DNA of 59,599 nt, the filler included, from Sphacelaria rigidula (Eukaryota): the NCBI GenBank assembly GCA_964200075.2. It is 10 parts of 10 records of this genome, joined end to end, with 100 filler letters (N's around TTAATTAATTAA, not from the genome) between each part and the next. Parts side by side here need not be neighbours in the genome. Positions count along the whole stretch, not along the records: positions 23,881 to 29,750 come from CAXNAA020023842.1; positions 29,851 to 35,720 come from CAXNAA020023843.1; positions 35,821 to 41,690 come from CAXNAA020023844.1; 7 more parts are not named here. One strand, 5' to 3'. The position numbers and the translations under genes are program-made. Positions 26,320 to 38,010 of this stretch are shown here, piece after piece. Each line of letters opens with the position of its first letter. Within the stretch, counting starts at the first letter, position 1. The notes under the pieces were generated by a model. The model did no database searches and was not told the DNA's origin. It saw only the letters and a program-made list of their open reading frames with translations.

Positions 26320-27370
26320 TATACCGGCACCCGACAGTTTTGTATGTTCCGTAAGTCCATCACACCCCTGGTCGACAATTCTGCAAGGTCTGTAAGCCTC
26401 CCATAACCCCAACCCGGGGTCAGGGTATACTCTTGTGCGTATATCCGATGCAGGCAGAGTATAGGTATATGTCCGGAGGAGGTATGAATATTAATTAAAT
26501 CCCTACGCAGTCTGATAACTTGCATTTGTTCGCTAACCCCCATCAATCAAACCCTTCTCGCTCACTCAAAATATACACCCATCAAAATGTAATTTTCAAG
26601 TTTTGTACACTGACGGGTTACTGTGTACCGCTGAGTGGAAAGGCGAAACATGGAAAGCAATGCAGACCGTCGAGGTGGATCATTCCTAGACACGAGTGGT
26701 GGATCGAGTGGGGGCGCTTCATCTGGGTTACCAGCGGTATCCAGTAGCATGGTGCAGGTCATCGAATTTGATGGTGGTGGTGTCCAGCCCTGTTTGTATA
26801 GGATGCGGTTCGCTGTATACCCCGGGTTTCTTGCCGGGTATTATCCCTGCCCGACAGTACTGTGGCTTCTGTAAGACTTTCATACCGGTACCCGACATTT
26901 CTGTAGCTTCTGCAGGACTTTCATTGCCCTAGCCGATATTTCCGTGAATTCTGTAAGACTTTCATCCCCATACTCGATAGGTCTGTGACTTCAGTAACAC
27001 TTTCATACCCCTACTCGATCGGTCTGTGACTTCTGTGCGACTTTCATACCGGTCCACGATAGTTCCGTGACTGTTGTACCTCCCCTATTCTGGTGTACCC
27101 TATTCGCTTACTCGACAGGTTTGTATTTTCTGTACACAAGGTTTACCCCTACCCGGGTTAGGGCATACCCTTGTAAAAATACCCGGGTGCGGTTTCGATT
27201 TCCTATGTAATCTTCATTCCTCACCCGACAAGTTCTGGATTCTCTGTAAGCCTCCTATAACTACCCGATAGGTTCTGTAACCCCTGTGCGAATTTCATGC
27301 CGGCACCCGTTTGTTCTGTAAGTTCTGTGAAGACTCTCCTACCCTACTGAACATACCCCAACCCTACAAA
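26320..27370. repeat. Repeat built of degenerate subunits of about 40 bp
   Basis: Recurring ttctgtaagactttcataccggtacccgac-like units, probably transposon subterminal repeats. Confidence 0.6.
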
Positions 27371-28620
27371 AATCAGCATTGTTTCCAGGGCTGTGAGCTA
27401 GCAGCTCTGGTCAGTTGGGTTTAAACTGGCCGCGCCAGTGGCCAATCCATGGATGTTTTTTTCAGTTGATCGTCCCCCCGGCTGGTGAGGGGCAAAAGCG
27501 TCACTGTGTTTGACTCACTTCTCCTTAAAAAATCATCAATAGTTGTAAAAATGTAACCACTCACATTCATCAGCTAAGAAACTTGTACTGCTCGCAAATG
27601 TCATTCAACGTGGTGAGCGATTCGAAAATCATCCATGTGTAGTATGCAGCAGCAGAGACTCTCCATCAGGAGCGGAGGATGGGAACAAGTAAGCCAAGAC
27701 TAGTAGTACCTGGGGACAAAAGCGCAAAATTCTCTCCACGTCCAGACCGAAAAACACGCCTGTCGTTGAATAGAATGCTTGTGTATTTTGTGATCGTGGG
27801 TTACCGTTGGTTTTTTTTCGGATGAGGTATATATCTGCTGCATCACTTCGGGGTGTCGTGTGCATGTACTGCATCATGTTCAAAACGCTCTTCACTATGC
27901 AATTGGCAATTAAGGTTTGGCGTTCGGCACTTCCGCATCAAGCTTCCCACCGTAATTAAGTCACGATTCTTCTTTATTTCTTCATTTTCCTCATTCGACT
28001 GACCATCCGTCGACCTACCCGCTATGGTCGATAGATGGAAAACTGCAGAACAAGAAGGTACCATAGAAGCTTGTGGTACCTGTATTACTGTAGAGTGCAG
28101 GCTTCAATAGTCCAGTCGAGTTATATACAGTGTTTCTTTGTTGTAAATTCACCGTGATAAAAACTATCATGAAAATATCCGGTCACGACAAAACCTCAGA
28201 CAAACTGGACAACTGGCGCTCTCGTAGCCATTTCTGGTTTACCTCCAGTCACAGTGGAAATAGACAGTATTAACTGGTCCAGTTCCCAGCCCAATTGATG
28301 CATGTGTTCGGTGTACTTTCCCATGGGAGATTCCCACATTTTCTGTGTTTACGCAATACAACTCACTTCTACATGCCGTACTTGCTTGTTCGCCTCGGTC
28401 CTATACTCGAAATCCGATTGTAGAAAATGCCACAATTACGAACATGCCGGTGGTTTCACCACGGCAAGGTTATCAAAGAGTGCCCCTCAAATTTCAGCTT
28501 TCGACTCTTCGACGGGCCGTGCAAAGGTGGTCAACCGCCCAAACTGCTTCAGACTAGCTCAGCTCGTAACGTGATTGCCGAAAGCAGCCTATTGTCCAAC
28601 ATATTGCTTTTTCCAATCAC

Positions 28621-29220
28621 TTGGCATCATCGCTGCCGACACCCGGTGGTCAAGCATTCGCTCACGGTTCAACTATGTCTTCTTCCGTACTTTTCTCGCT
28701 GCGATTTCCGCAACCGTCCCTTCGTCCTTCTCCTGATTCGTTCGAGATCGACAGGTGCTCCGTGTGCACCACCCATGTCTCTGTATCCCAGGGAGCGAAT
28801 CCAGTGCCGGAGGGCGCCAAGAAACAGGTTCCCTTCCTCTGCCTTGCGTGTGGCGTGGACATCGGTGTCAGCACTCTGTACCACCACATGACCGACCCCA
28901 CTGGCAGTAAAGACAGGGTAAACGCTCATGCCGACGACCGCGACTGCGTTGAGACCCTAGTCAAAGCAGACGAGAACAGTTCTCACCCTTGCAACGAATG
29001 CAGAGCCCCCCCCTACCTAAAAATCCTCTTTGACCTATCAGCGGGGGATAATGGCGAAGACTTCATAAGGTGTCAAATCTGCTTCTACGACACCCGTGCT
29101 GAGCTCTCGTCTGCTTTCCAACGGCACTTGTTCCGAGAAAAAGAGGCATTCGCCTCGAGAAACGACAACTCCACTCCTCGGAAAGTACCGCGGAACACTA
29201 CCTGTTCTCCCCCCCCCTAG
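28621..29220 (+). CDS. Intronless Cys-rich ORF, possibly element-derived zinc-binding protein
   Basis: 199-aa ORF with four CxxC pairs (CSVC, CLAC..HH, CNEC, CQIC..H). No recognised homolog. Confidence 0.35.
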   Translation: MASSLPTPGGQAFAHGSTMSSSVLFSLRFPQPSLRPSPDSFEIDRCSVCTTHVSVSQGANPVPEGAKKQVPFLCLACGVDIGVSTLYHHMTDPTGSKDRVNAHADDRDCVETLVKADENSSHPCNECRAPPYLKILFDLSAGDNGEDFIRCQICFYDTRAELSSAFQRHLFREKEAFASRNDNSTPRKVPRNTTCSPPP

Positions 29221-29899
29221 CGGAGAGAACCCCGTGACGCCACTAAGCAAGAACGGGCCTCAACCCCACACGAAAAAAAACAAACCAACTCGACAGGGTA
29301 CCCAGCCTACGGCCACCAGGAGCGGAGCCGGACACTGAACCACCGCCTACGCTAAGCACCACCACCATACATTTATTTTCGCCGTTTAACCCCTTTTCTA
29401 CCATGTATGGTCCCATTTTCATTCTGCCCTCTCCCACCTTTATCAATGCTTGCTTTTATCGGTGGCAATCGTTTATTTTTTCCTTCCAAGATGCCTTAGT
29501 GCAATCGCTAGCCTCCACGCTTGTTCACGTCTCCTCGTCCCTTTACTCTGCCCCTTGCCTACCTTCTTTCTACTGCGATGCGTTCCGAAACCAGATGCCT
29601 ACATTCAAAACGTGACCGACTTCTGCACATCCGACATCATTCACGTCAGCTTTCGCCAGCATTTGTGACTGTTTAGCGGCTTCGTTTCTTCTCATCTTGG
29701 GCTCCTTTTCTTTCGGCGTTGTGTCTTCTTCTGTGCCTGAGCTTCATCTTNNNNNNNNNNNNNNNNNNNNNNNNNNNNNNNNNNNNNNNNNNNNTTAATT
29801 AATTAANNNNNNNNNNNNNNNNNNNNNNNNNNNNNNNNNNNNNNNNNNNNGCCCGAAAGGGATGGTGCGTCCACGGGCCAACTGCTAAGGCAAGCCACC

Positions 29900-30530
29900 A
29901 ATGGGTTCCCCCCCCCCCCCCCTGCCTGGTCCTGTGAAAACCCGGCGTGCTCTGGCCCGGCTTTGTAGATACAGACCCCCTATGGGGTTGGCGTCGGTTG
30001 GCAATGACACTATAAACCACGTCACTTACTGCGTAAGCAAGGCAATCAGGTTACCATGTCTTTTTTTGCGCGCTTGCGTTTTTTTTTCGGTAACGACGAT
30101 GGTGGTTGAGCTAGATCATGTTGTGCGGAGTGAGAGAGCCTCAATTCCGCGCAAAGGGGGTGATCATACGACGTGGTGTTTGAATGGCAAGACACCCATG
30201 AGGCGGTGCGCAACCCGTGGCTGTCTCTGGAAGTGGCGATACCAGAAAATAAAGCAATCAATCGGAGGCTGTCATCAAAACGCAAGATAATTAGTACGCG
30301 TCGGGCCGAATAATCTCAGCAGGATGAAGCTCACCCTTCATGCGATTCGCCGAACACATGACGGCGCTTCTCGCTTGGTGATCGATTGCGAGCCTGGTCC
30401 GGAGAAACCCCAGCGTGCTCCGTCCTGGCTTTGTAGGGATGCGGGGTCAATGTTCAAATGACTATGACATGCAAGATAATGAGCGCCCTCCCCCCCGCCC
30501 CTCACCTCCCTCCTTCCGCCCCGCCCCCGG
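29900..30530 (-). repeat. Interspersed repeat family A (reverse copy)
   Basis: Reverse complement of 11941-12440. Both copies show the CLWKWRYQKIKQSI string in the ORF track. Confidence 0.85.
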
Positions 30531-30565
30531 CGTACTGCACCGGGTCAATCACAACTGCACTTTAG

Positions 30566-33500
30566 GAAAATCCCGAAAACGCCGAGGACGCGGAGCTTAC
30601 CACTGCGACGCCATCGGTACACACCCAGCAAGCTGGGAGAACTGAAACCCTTTTGAACGCTGCCGCGGGCGTGAGCTCTGACAGCGAACAATGGCAACAA
30701 CATCATCATCACCATCAACAACAGCAGCAGCAGCAGCAGCAGCAACAACAACAACAGCAGCAGCAGCACCACGTGAGCTCTGACGGCGAGCAGTGGCAAC
30801 AGCACCAACAGCAGCAGCAGCAGCAGCAGCAGTCATGGCATCAACAGCCACATGACCAGTTCACGGGTCATCCTACTGGCGGTTACGCCGATGACGGGCA
30901 TCCACCAGACATGTTACTGGATAGTGGCTTGGAACTTGGTTGCGCGGCAGGACTCGCTCTCACGCCACGAACACGGGCACTGATGCCGAAAATGGCAGCC
31001 GCACCATATCCGTCGCCACCTGAGCCGCCAACAACAGAAGCAACGCAACAACCCCGGATCATCACTGCGTCCCCGCCACCCGCGGAGCGAGAAGGTATCA
31101 CGCTGAAAAGCGCGCTTAGTCGCAGAGAGGACTCCCTGCGACGCTTGGAGAAGGCCAGGGAAGCCATCGCGCTCGCGCGAGCAACAGCGGCCGCTGAGGC
31201 CGAACGTAGGCGCGCGGCTAGAGCCGCCACAAAGCTCGCTGCGAAAAAGGGGGCAAAAACAGCGGTTGCTGCGGTGGCGGCGGTGGCGGAACCTCCGGTT
31301 CCAGCTGCTGCTGCTTCGGCGGTGATAATAGAAGTGCCGCCGCCGCCGCCGCCACCTCCGGGTGAAGCAGGAGGGAAGGAAGATGGTGTTGATTGTGGGG
31401 GGTTCAAGCAACCCGCCGATTTTGATAATGAAAGCGGGAAAGAGGGGATGTCAGCGGAGCGGGTAGTGATAGAGTGTTGTCCCCAGGAGAACCCAGTGCT
31501 GCTGGGCTCTCTTCCTCCCCCTCCCCCTCCTCCTCCTCCGCCGCCAGTGGACCTGCTTCTTGCGTTCGACGGGGGGAATGGTGGTGACCAGACGTCAGCG
31601 ATGTGTGGCGTCGACGAGACCGTCGACAACTTGCTACGTCCCGACATGCGCCGGGAGGAGCCGCATGTGTGGGAGTGCGGTGCCAGCGCTCCGGCGACGA
31701 GCGAAGATCCGGCAGTTGTCCCCGTCGCCGATGGTGAGTGTCCTGTTGTTTCGGTTGATTGTTATGACTATAAGCATTGCGGAGTTCAACAAGCGGAAGC
31801 GGTCGTGGCGGCGGGAGTGGCTGCGATGGCGGAGAGGGCGGAGTCGAGCGGGGAATCGGGCGCCATGTTGCTTGGGTCAACTGCCGCGTCTGATAGTATT
31901 GCGGCGATGCAGCCTGCTGCAGAAGCTACATCAGCCTCTGGCGTCGCCGTACTGCCACGGCCGTCGCACGAAACGCGGGACTTCGATGACAGCCGCTGGG
32001 AAGAGGATGAGAGAGCCCTGAATGGCGACCACGAAAAAACAGGCGGTATAGGGAGTTTGAGCTCGTCGCAGAATGTCATCACACCCGGGGAGAGACTGCC
32101 GCCACCGCCCTCGGTTTTGTCGACATCGCGCACGTCGCATGATGCCGCTGGTGTGAGCACGGCGTTCGTGTCGGACTGTGCGGACAGCCATGGTATAGGA
32201 GCGGTGGATGCCAATGATTTGTTCGAACGGGAGGCACGGGAAACGGAGGACATCGGGAACCTAGCGGTGGAGACTGGGTGGGAAGAGGTGGCACTTTTTG
32301 GCGCGGAGGCAGACGAGGAAGTGAAGGTTTGTCTGCGAGGACTGTTGACGACGCACAAGAGTGAAGAGGAAAGTAGAAGCGGCAGAAAGGCCTCGGCGGT
32401 GTCGGAAAGCGGCGGGGATGCAAGTGGGGATAACACTACGGCCGGTGAGGGCGACGGGGAGAATGATCTTCCCGTGAATACATCTCAGAAGGACGTTCCT
32501 TCTGGCGGTACTAATGAAGCGGGTGTTGAAGAGGGAAGCTTTTCTGATGCCGGAGAAGTGAGTTCGGGAAAGCGGGAAGGCGAGCAGGCGTTGCAAGACG
32601 AATCGTCGGTGGAGTACCATGGACCTGATGGACGCGATAGTTCTCCAGTTAAGGGTGATGATGCCGGTACGTTGTTCCAACCCGGGGACAAGAGTGAGGT
32701 CCCCCCTACCCCAGCCGATGCGGAGACTGATGCGGTTGTTGTTTCTGGCTGCTGCTCTCCTTCCTCTGCGGTGGATGCACTGGCGGCGCAGCTATCGGAG
32801 TGGGAGTTTGTGAATAAATCACCGGAATCTGCACTGCAGAAATCGCTCGAAAATTCGCAAGACGGCTTGTTAGCTCGCTCATACGAAAAATCGCAGCAAA
32901 ACCACGACAGTGGCGATGAGCAGCGAATTGGTGCTGCCGTAGATGATGGCTCTATCGCGTCTTCTGTGGACCCGGGATTGGATTATGACAAAATATCGCC
33001 ACCGCCGATTTCGGCGGCGTTTTTCACTCCCCCGCCCCCCCCACCAGTGATGGACGGCAACCATGCAGTCGTCGCAGACGTGGGCAATGATGGTATGGTA
33101 GCGAACGGCGACACCGAAGTCGAGGCTGTCATGGGCCCATTAGACAGCACTGCTGAAGCAGAAGCAAGAACGACGGCTTCACCAACAGCGCTAGCGCCAA
33201 CAGCAGCAACAGGAAATGAAGCATCAACAACAAAGCCTAGCTTTCCCGTTATCGCGAACGACCAGTCTCGGTCCCCACCGTCGCTCTCGATGCTGAAGCG
33301 AGCAGCCACGCGAGTGGATCGGCTGTGGCAGCTTGTGGGGTCCGCTGGAGAGGAGCAAGCGTGGGCCGCCCTTGCGGCCGGAGAGAGACACCGAGCTTGC
33401 CGCCGTCTCGCGGATTACGCTGTCGCGGGAGGAGTGGAGCCGTTTGCTACTACCGGTGGTGCGGAGTGCTGTCGTGTCGGGCTTCGCTTGTGCCGCTCAT

Positions 33501-34974
33501 CGTTGGGGTGCTTGGCGATGTTCGGGAGGCTCAGTCCAGCCATGTGGACAGATCTAGATTACTCTGAATGTGAGCCGTCTGCTTCGCGCGAGACAACGTT
33601 GACGCGGCTTCTTGCCCTGTGCTCTACTGTGATTTCGGCCGCCGAAGAGGCCCCGGCGAAACAAGGAACTGATGCAGAGGCGGCGGTCGATGGACCAGAC
33701 GGCGAGGGTTCCCGTGATTCGTTGGCCGTGGATGCGGACGGGTGCGGAGGAGGAGGTGGCGAGGATAGTACAGGGATGGCGCTCGTATTTGTATACGAGG
33801 CACTCACAGGTATGCCTGGTTTGGCCGTTTTCTCGGCGATAGCTGTGTAGGGTACAACGACCTGAGAACCCGGTCACGCGTCACCGTCGGTAGGGTGTGG
33901 AGGCCAGTTGGGTGGCGTGAAGGGGGTCCATGTTCGGGTCGAATTTATTTCTCTATAATAGTTGTGTCGGAGGTCTTCCACGACTCGTTGATTGCTTGCT
34001 TGATTGTTTTGTCGTGTGTGTCTGTCATCTCATCTATTCTGGACGCCAGTCAACACCTTTCGGTGTATGTACGCGTACTAGCCGGGGTCGCACAGATGGA
34101 AGATTCGAACCCACATCCCAACTGTCAGGAGGTACCGAGCCACCGTTGCGCTCAATTGCTTGATTGATATGGCGTGTGTCTACCTTTTTGTTTTTTTGTT
34201 GGCTGACTTACCTTGTCGTCGATTGATTTGATGAAATGATTCGATTGATTTTTCAATGACTGTGTGACGTTTTGTTCGTCCAATTTGTTTGAATGTTTTG
34301 ATATCGTCGTCCATCGGCGGGGAGTGATCCATTTTGATCGCATGATTCATGCATGTTGGCTTTTATCTGCGGCTACAAATCCGGCCTTTGTTTACAAGAT
34401 AGTATACTCGACCGAGGTGAACACGGTCGGTAAGACTCGCTATGGGTAACACCTCCTCACCCGGTGTCGGGTGTACCGAGCGTGTGGATGCGCGGAGTGG
34501 ACTTGGACTTGGTAGGCCTCCCAGGAGCAGACTGGGACGAGGAGTAGAATGGCAGACAGGGGGCGGCTTCACCGTAGCCCAGAGTGAGGAGGAGCATGTC
34601 TATTGCCCGGACGGGGGATTGGAGGATGACCATTCTACGGTTGACAGGCCAGGGATGACGGGCGGGGCTGACGGGCCCGGGTCATCAGTAAGCGGGTCGG
34701 GTCGTAGATGAGGTGGTAATCACAGTGTTATGGTTTACATGAGTCACGGCCATGAATACTGTTTATTAATTTTATCACGACTTGAAGTGATTGAACTCCC
34801 GTCGACGACGACTTCTTTGTCATAATTTACGCTGGCGCGACGTTCTGAACCCCTGTTGGCAGGCTGCACGAAAGTGCGCGGACGGCAGCAGAATGTATGG
34901 TTGCAAAAACACGCCGAGAACAAAAAAAACAAAACTCTGAACGTCAGGAGTAAACAAGAGACTAGATCCATCAG

Positions 34975-35032
<58 letters not shown>

Positions 35033-35205
35033 GCACGCACACGCACTTCCCCCCGTGTCCACCCCTTCTCTCCCACGGTGTCACAGGTTGCCGAAAAGCT
35101 GGTGTTGATAGCCTCGCAGGGTGGAGAGGCTTGGAGAAGCTGATACACGCTCTGATGGACACGATTTTGCGCGGCAACGAGCTCAGCTACATGCAGGCGA
35201 CGAAG
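30566..35205 (+). CDS. Partial gene for a large low-complexity (polyQ, Pro-rich, acidic) protein of unknown function
   Basis: Open exon 30566-33809 (ttag|GAA...ACAG|gtatg, 3,244 bp) joins in phase 1 to exon 35087-35205 (GCRKAGVDSLAGWRGLEKLIHALMDTILRGNELSYMQATK). Confidence 0.85.
34015..34150 (-). mobile_element. SINE family 1, internally deleted copy
   Basis: Tail as at 23881 joined to a head remnant gattcgaacccac...gagccaccg (B-box GGTTCGAATC on the minus strand). Confidence 0.6.
34977..35045. repeat. (CA)n/(CACG)n microsatellite
   Basis: Direct reading. Confidence 0.95.
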
Positions 35206-35279
35206 GTGCACGTCTCACCATATTCACGATACGATGCCCCCTTCCCCACCCTCCCTTGGGGTTAGGGTAATGATAATTA

Positions 35280-35720
35280 GCACGCTGCAGGCCGAACAGT
35301 CTTAGCAGGATGTAGCTCACCCTGCATGCGACTCGCCGAACTCGCTGCGTCGCATCGCGCTTGGTGACTGGTTGCGAGCCTGGTCAGGCAAAAACCCGGC
35401 ACAGTCAGTCCCGCCCTTGCACGGTCGCGATGCCAATGGTTATTTGGCTACAGCATGCAAGATCATGAGTACAGTCTTAGCAGGATGAAGCTCACCCTTC
35501 ATGCGACACGCCGAACTCATCGCGTCGCATCTCGCATGATGATTGATTGTGAGCCTGGTTTGGCGTAAACCCAGCACAGGGCGTCCCGTCCTGGCACAGT
35601 CGCGATGTCAATGGTCATTTGACTATTTATATAGCATGCAAGATCATGAGTACCCCCCCCCCCTCGACACCCGTGAGGCAGTGTAAAAGCTGTTGCTGTC
35701 TCTGGAAGTGGCGATACCAC
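35280..35720 (-). repeat. Interspersed repeat family A, tandem partial copies
   Basis: cttagcaggatg.agctcaccct.catgcgac occurs twice, at about 35300 and 35475. Confidence 0.75.
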
Positions 35721-36720
35721 NNNNNNNNNNNNNNNNNNNNNNNNNNNNNNNNNNNNNNNNNNNNTTAATTAATTAANNNNNNNNNNNNNNNNNNNNNNNN
35801 NNNNNNNNNNNNNNNNNNNNCTCCGTCCCGGCTTTGTAGGGATGCGACGTTAATGGTCTTATGACTATGGTATGCATGATCATGAGTACACCCCCCCCCT
35901 CCGTCCATTTATCATGGAGTTTTTACACCCTTCACACCAACAGCGTGGAGGCTTTCCGTAGACGCCTGGCAAATCCACACGGTCCCCTATCCCACAGCCA
36001 GGCGAAAGCCTCGCGTACCGCCAACGGAATCTCTCCATTCCCGACCCACAGGACGGGGTATGCCGTGGTAAAACAGTCCCGCCGAGGTATCTGCGCCCTC
36101 CATTCACGTGCTCCGAGCGATTTACTTAGCTCGAAGGCCGTCTGCACGGGGAGTCAAGGCTTAGAGGTGATGGGCGCGGCACGGACACGGTGAGCGCAAT
36201 GAAATATTGACGACAGACAGAAAGAAAACAGCGCGAGTATCGTGTGCATCGCCGAAGGTGTGGCGCGGATGCAGTGTGCCTGACAGCGGCGCACGCACAA
36301 CGTGCGCCGACCACGACATTTTGTCGCCGGAATGGCAGGCATGAACAGAATTTGGTGTGGGAGATGGGCGCTGAAGTACGGAGGCAAGAGGTAGTGTTCA
36401 TGCCATACGACAGAAACGGCGACGACGAGATCATATTTGAATGCGAACCCGCGGTTCGACGGAAAACTACTCGTATCGGAGCACGATACTCTTGCCGCGT
36501 CCTGCTGGTGTCATGGGACTTTTGTCGCCAGTGGGATGGACGAAATGTGAACTCCATCCCCCAGTGTTTGTCTTCTTTACTTTGTGCATGTGAGCTCCCA
36601 ACATCATTCCGATATCAGTTGTTTCGACGAATACATGGCCCGTTCGCGCAGCTCTATTCAAAGATACGAGTACTTCCGCATGCGATGGCAGTACTGTACA
36701 AGGATATTAGGAGCTCTCAC

Positions 36721-37324
36721 TAGGGCTGTCGACAGAAAATACATGTAAAAAACGCCGCAATCATCCAAACCGCTGAAAACATTCTATTTCGTAATTTCCG
36801 CACCGCGTTCGAGCATAGGGTCGACGCACATGGTGGCTGTCTCGACATCGACAATACGCTTTGACGGAGGCGCCTGTGGCAGTTCGCGCGCCGACGGCAT
36901 AACGTGCTGAGTGAGCGTCTTGTTGCATTCTTCCATCGAAAAAGATGAGCGATGGCAATTAATTTCAGCGAAATTCGCTGATTTTCTCTCGAGATGGATC
37001 GGAGGGAATTTTCAAGCGTTCTATCGGAAAAGGACGGTAAAATTCGTGATTCGGTAGATGGTCGTTTGTGAACAATACAGACAGTGCGTACTGCCTGCAC
37101 TGTTTGAATGCAGTGTATGTGAAGTTCGTGTTTGCGTGTTTCGTGCAGCAGAATGTGAAAGTTTATCGGGCAACATACAGAACTTCCACAGTAGCACCAT
37201 CTATTCCCTCTGCCCACAATGGGACGTGAAAAGGACTCGGACCCCGCGCAGCTTTGTACATGCATTGTGTCCGTTGCCGCGTCCGCGAGGGGGTTAGCCA
37301 CCTTACCACGCCGTTCCAACCCTG
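36721..37324 (-). mobile_element. Non-autonomous TIR element, same family as 25561-25984
   Basis: Ends tagggctgtc...gttccaaccctg. Shares internal motifs (gtgaaaaggact, agctttgtac). Confidence 0.6.
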
Positions 37325-37357
37325 ATCCCGACGATGGAAAAAGATGGTCAACTTTTC

Positions 37358-38010
37358 ACACGTCGGAGGAGCACGAGTATGGATCGTGTCTCGCACTCGT
37401 TGGGCTGCTCGTGGTGAAGAAGAAGTAATAGGGTGAGTACTCGAGTCATTGCTCGTGGTGAAAAAATTGAGCAGGGCGAGTACTCGAGTCATTGCGCGTG
37501 GTGAAAGAAAAATCACACTCCAGACTATTCATTACTCGGCGAAACGAGTGCACTCGTGGATGCTTTTTTCAAGACAACGAACATGCCTCGTGTGCTCGAG
37601 TCATGATTTTTTTCTACAACGAGCAACGACTCGAGTACTCATCGTCGGATTGCTGACTACTCCACTCGAATCGTTCATCATGAGCACTGACTCGAGTGCT
37701 CGCCCTATTATTTTTTCCACAACGAGCAATGACTCGAGTATTTCGCCCTATTAATTTTTACCGCCAACGAGCAGCCCAACGAGTGCGAGTGTCACGAGTC
37801 ATACTCGTGCTCGCCCGGCGTGTTAAAAAACTATAGAGCGAGTACTCGGGTCATTGCTCGTAGTGTCAAAATTTACCAGGGCGAGTACTCGAGTCATTCC
37901 TCGTGGCAGAGAAAATTCATAGGTCTAGCACTCGAGTCATTGTTCGTGGTGAAAAAAATCATGACTCCAGCATACGAGTCATCGGTCTTGGTGAAGACAA
38001 ATGAATAACT
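37358..38010. mobile_element. Foldback element with CTCGAG-containing subterminal repeats
   Basis: Inverted arms span 37358-37823 (acacgtcgg..gagcacgagtatg / catactcgtgctcgcccggcgtgt) with repeated actcgagtcattgctcgtggtgaaa. More units run to about 38010, and a related block is at 47965-48185. Confidence 0.75.

Noticed and set aside
30883..33877. Several antisense and alternate-frame ORFs
   Set aside because: They are shadows of the GC-rich 3.2-kb exon.
37430..38010. CRISPR-like array of CTCGAG repeats
   Set aside because: Repeats are degenerate, switch orientation and lack distinct spacers, which fits a foldback transposon.
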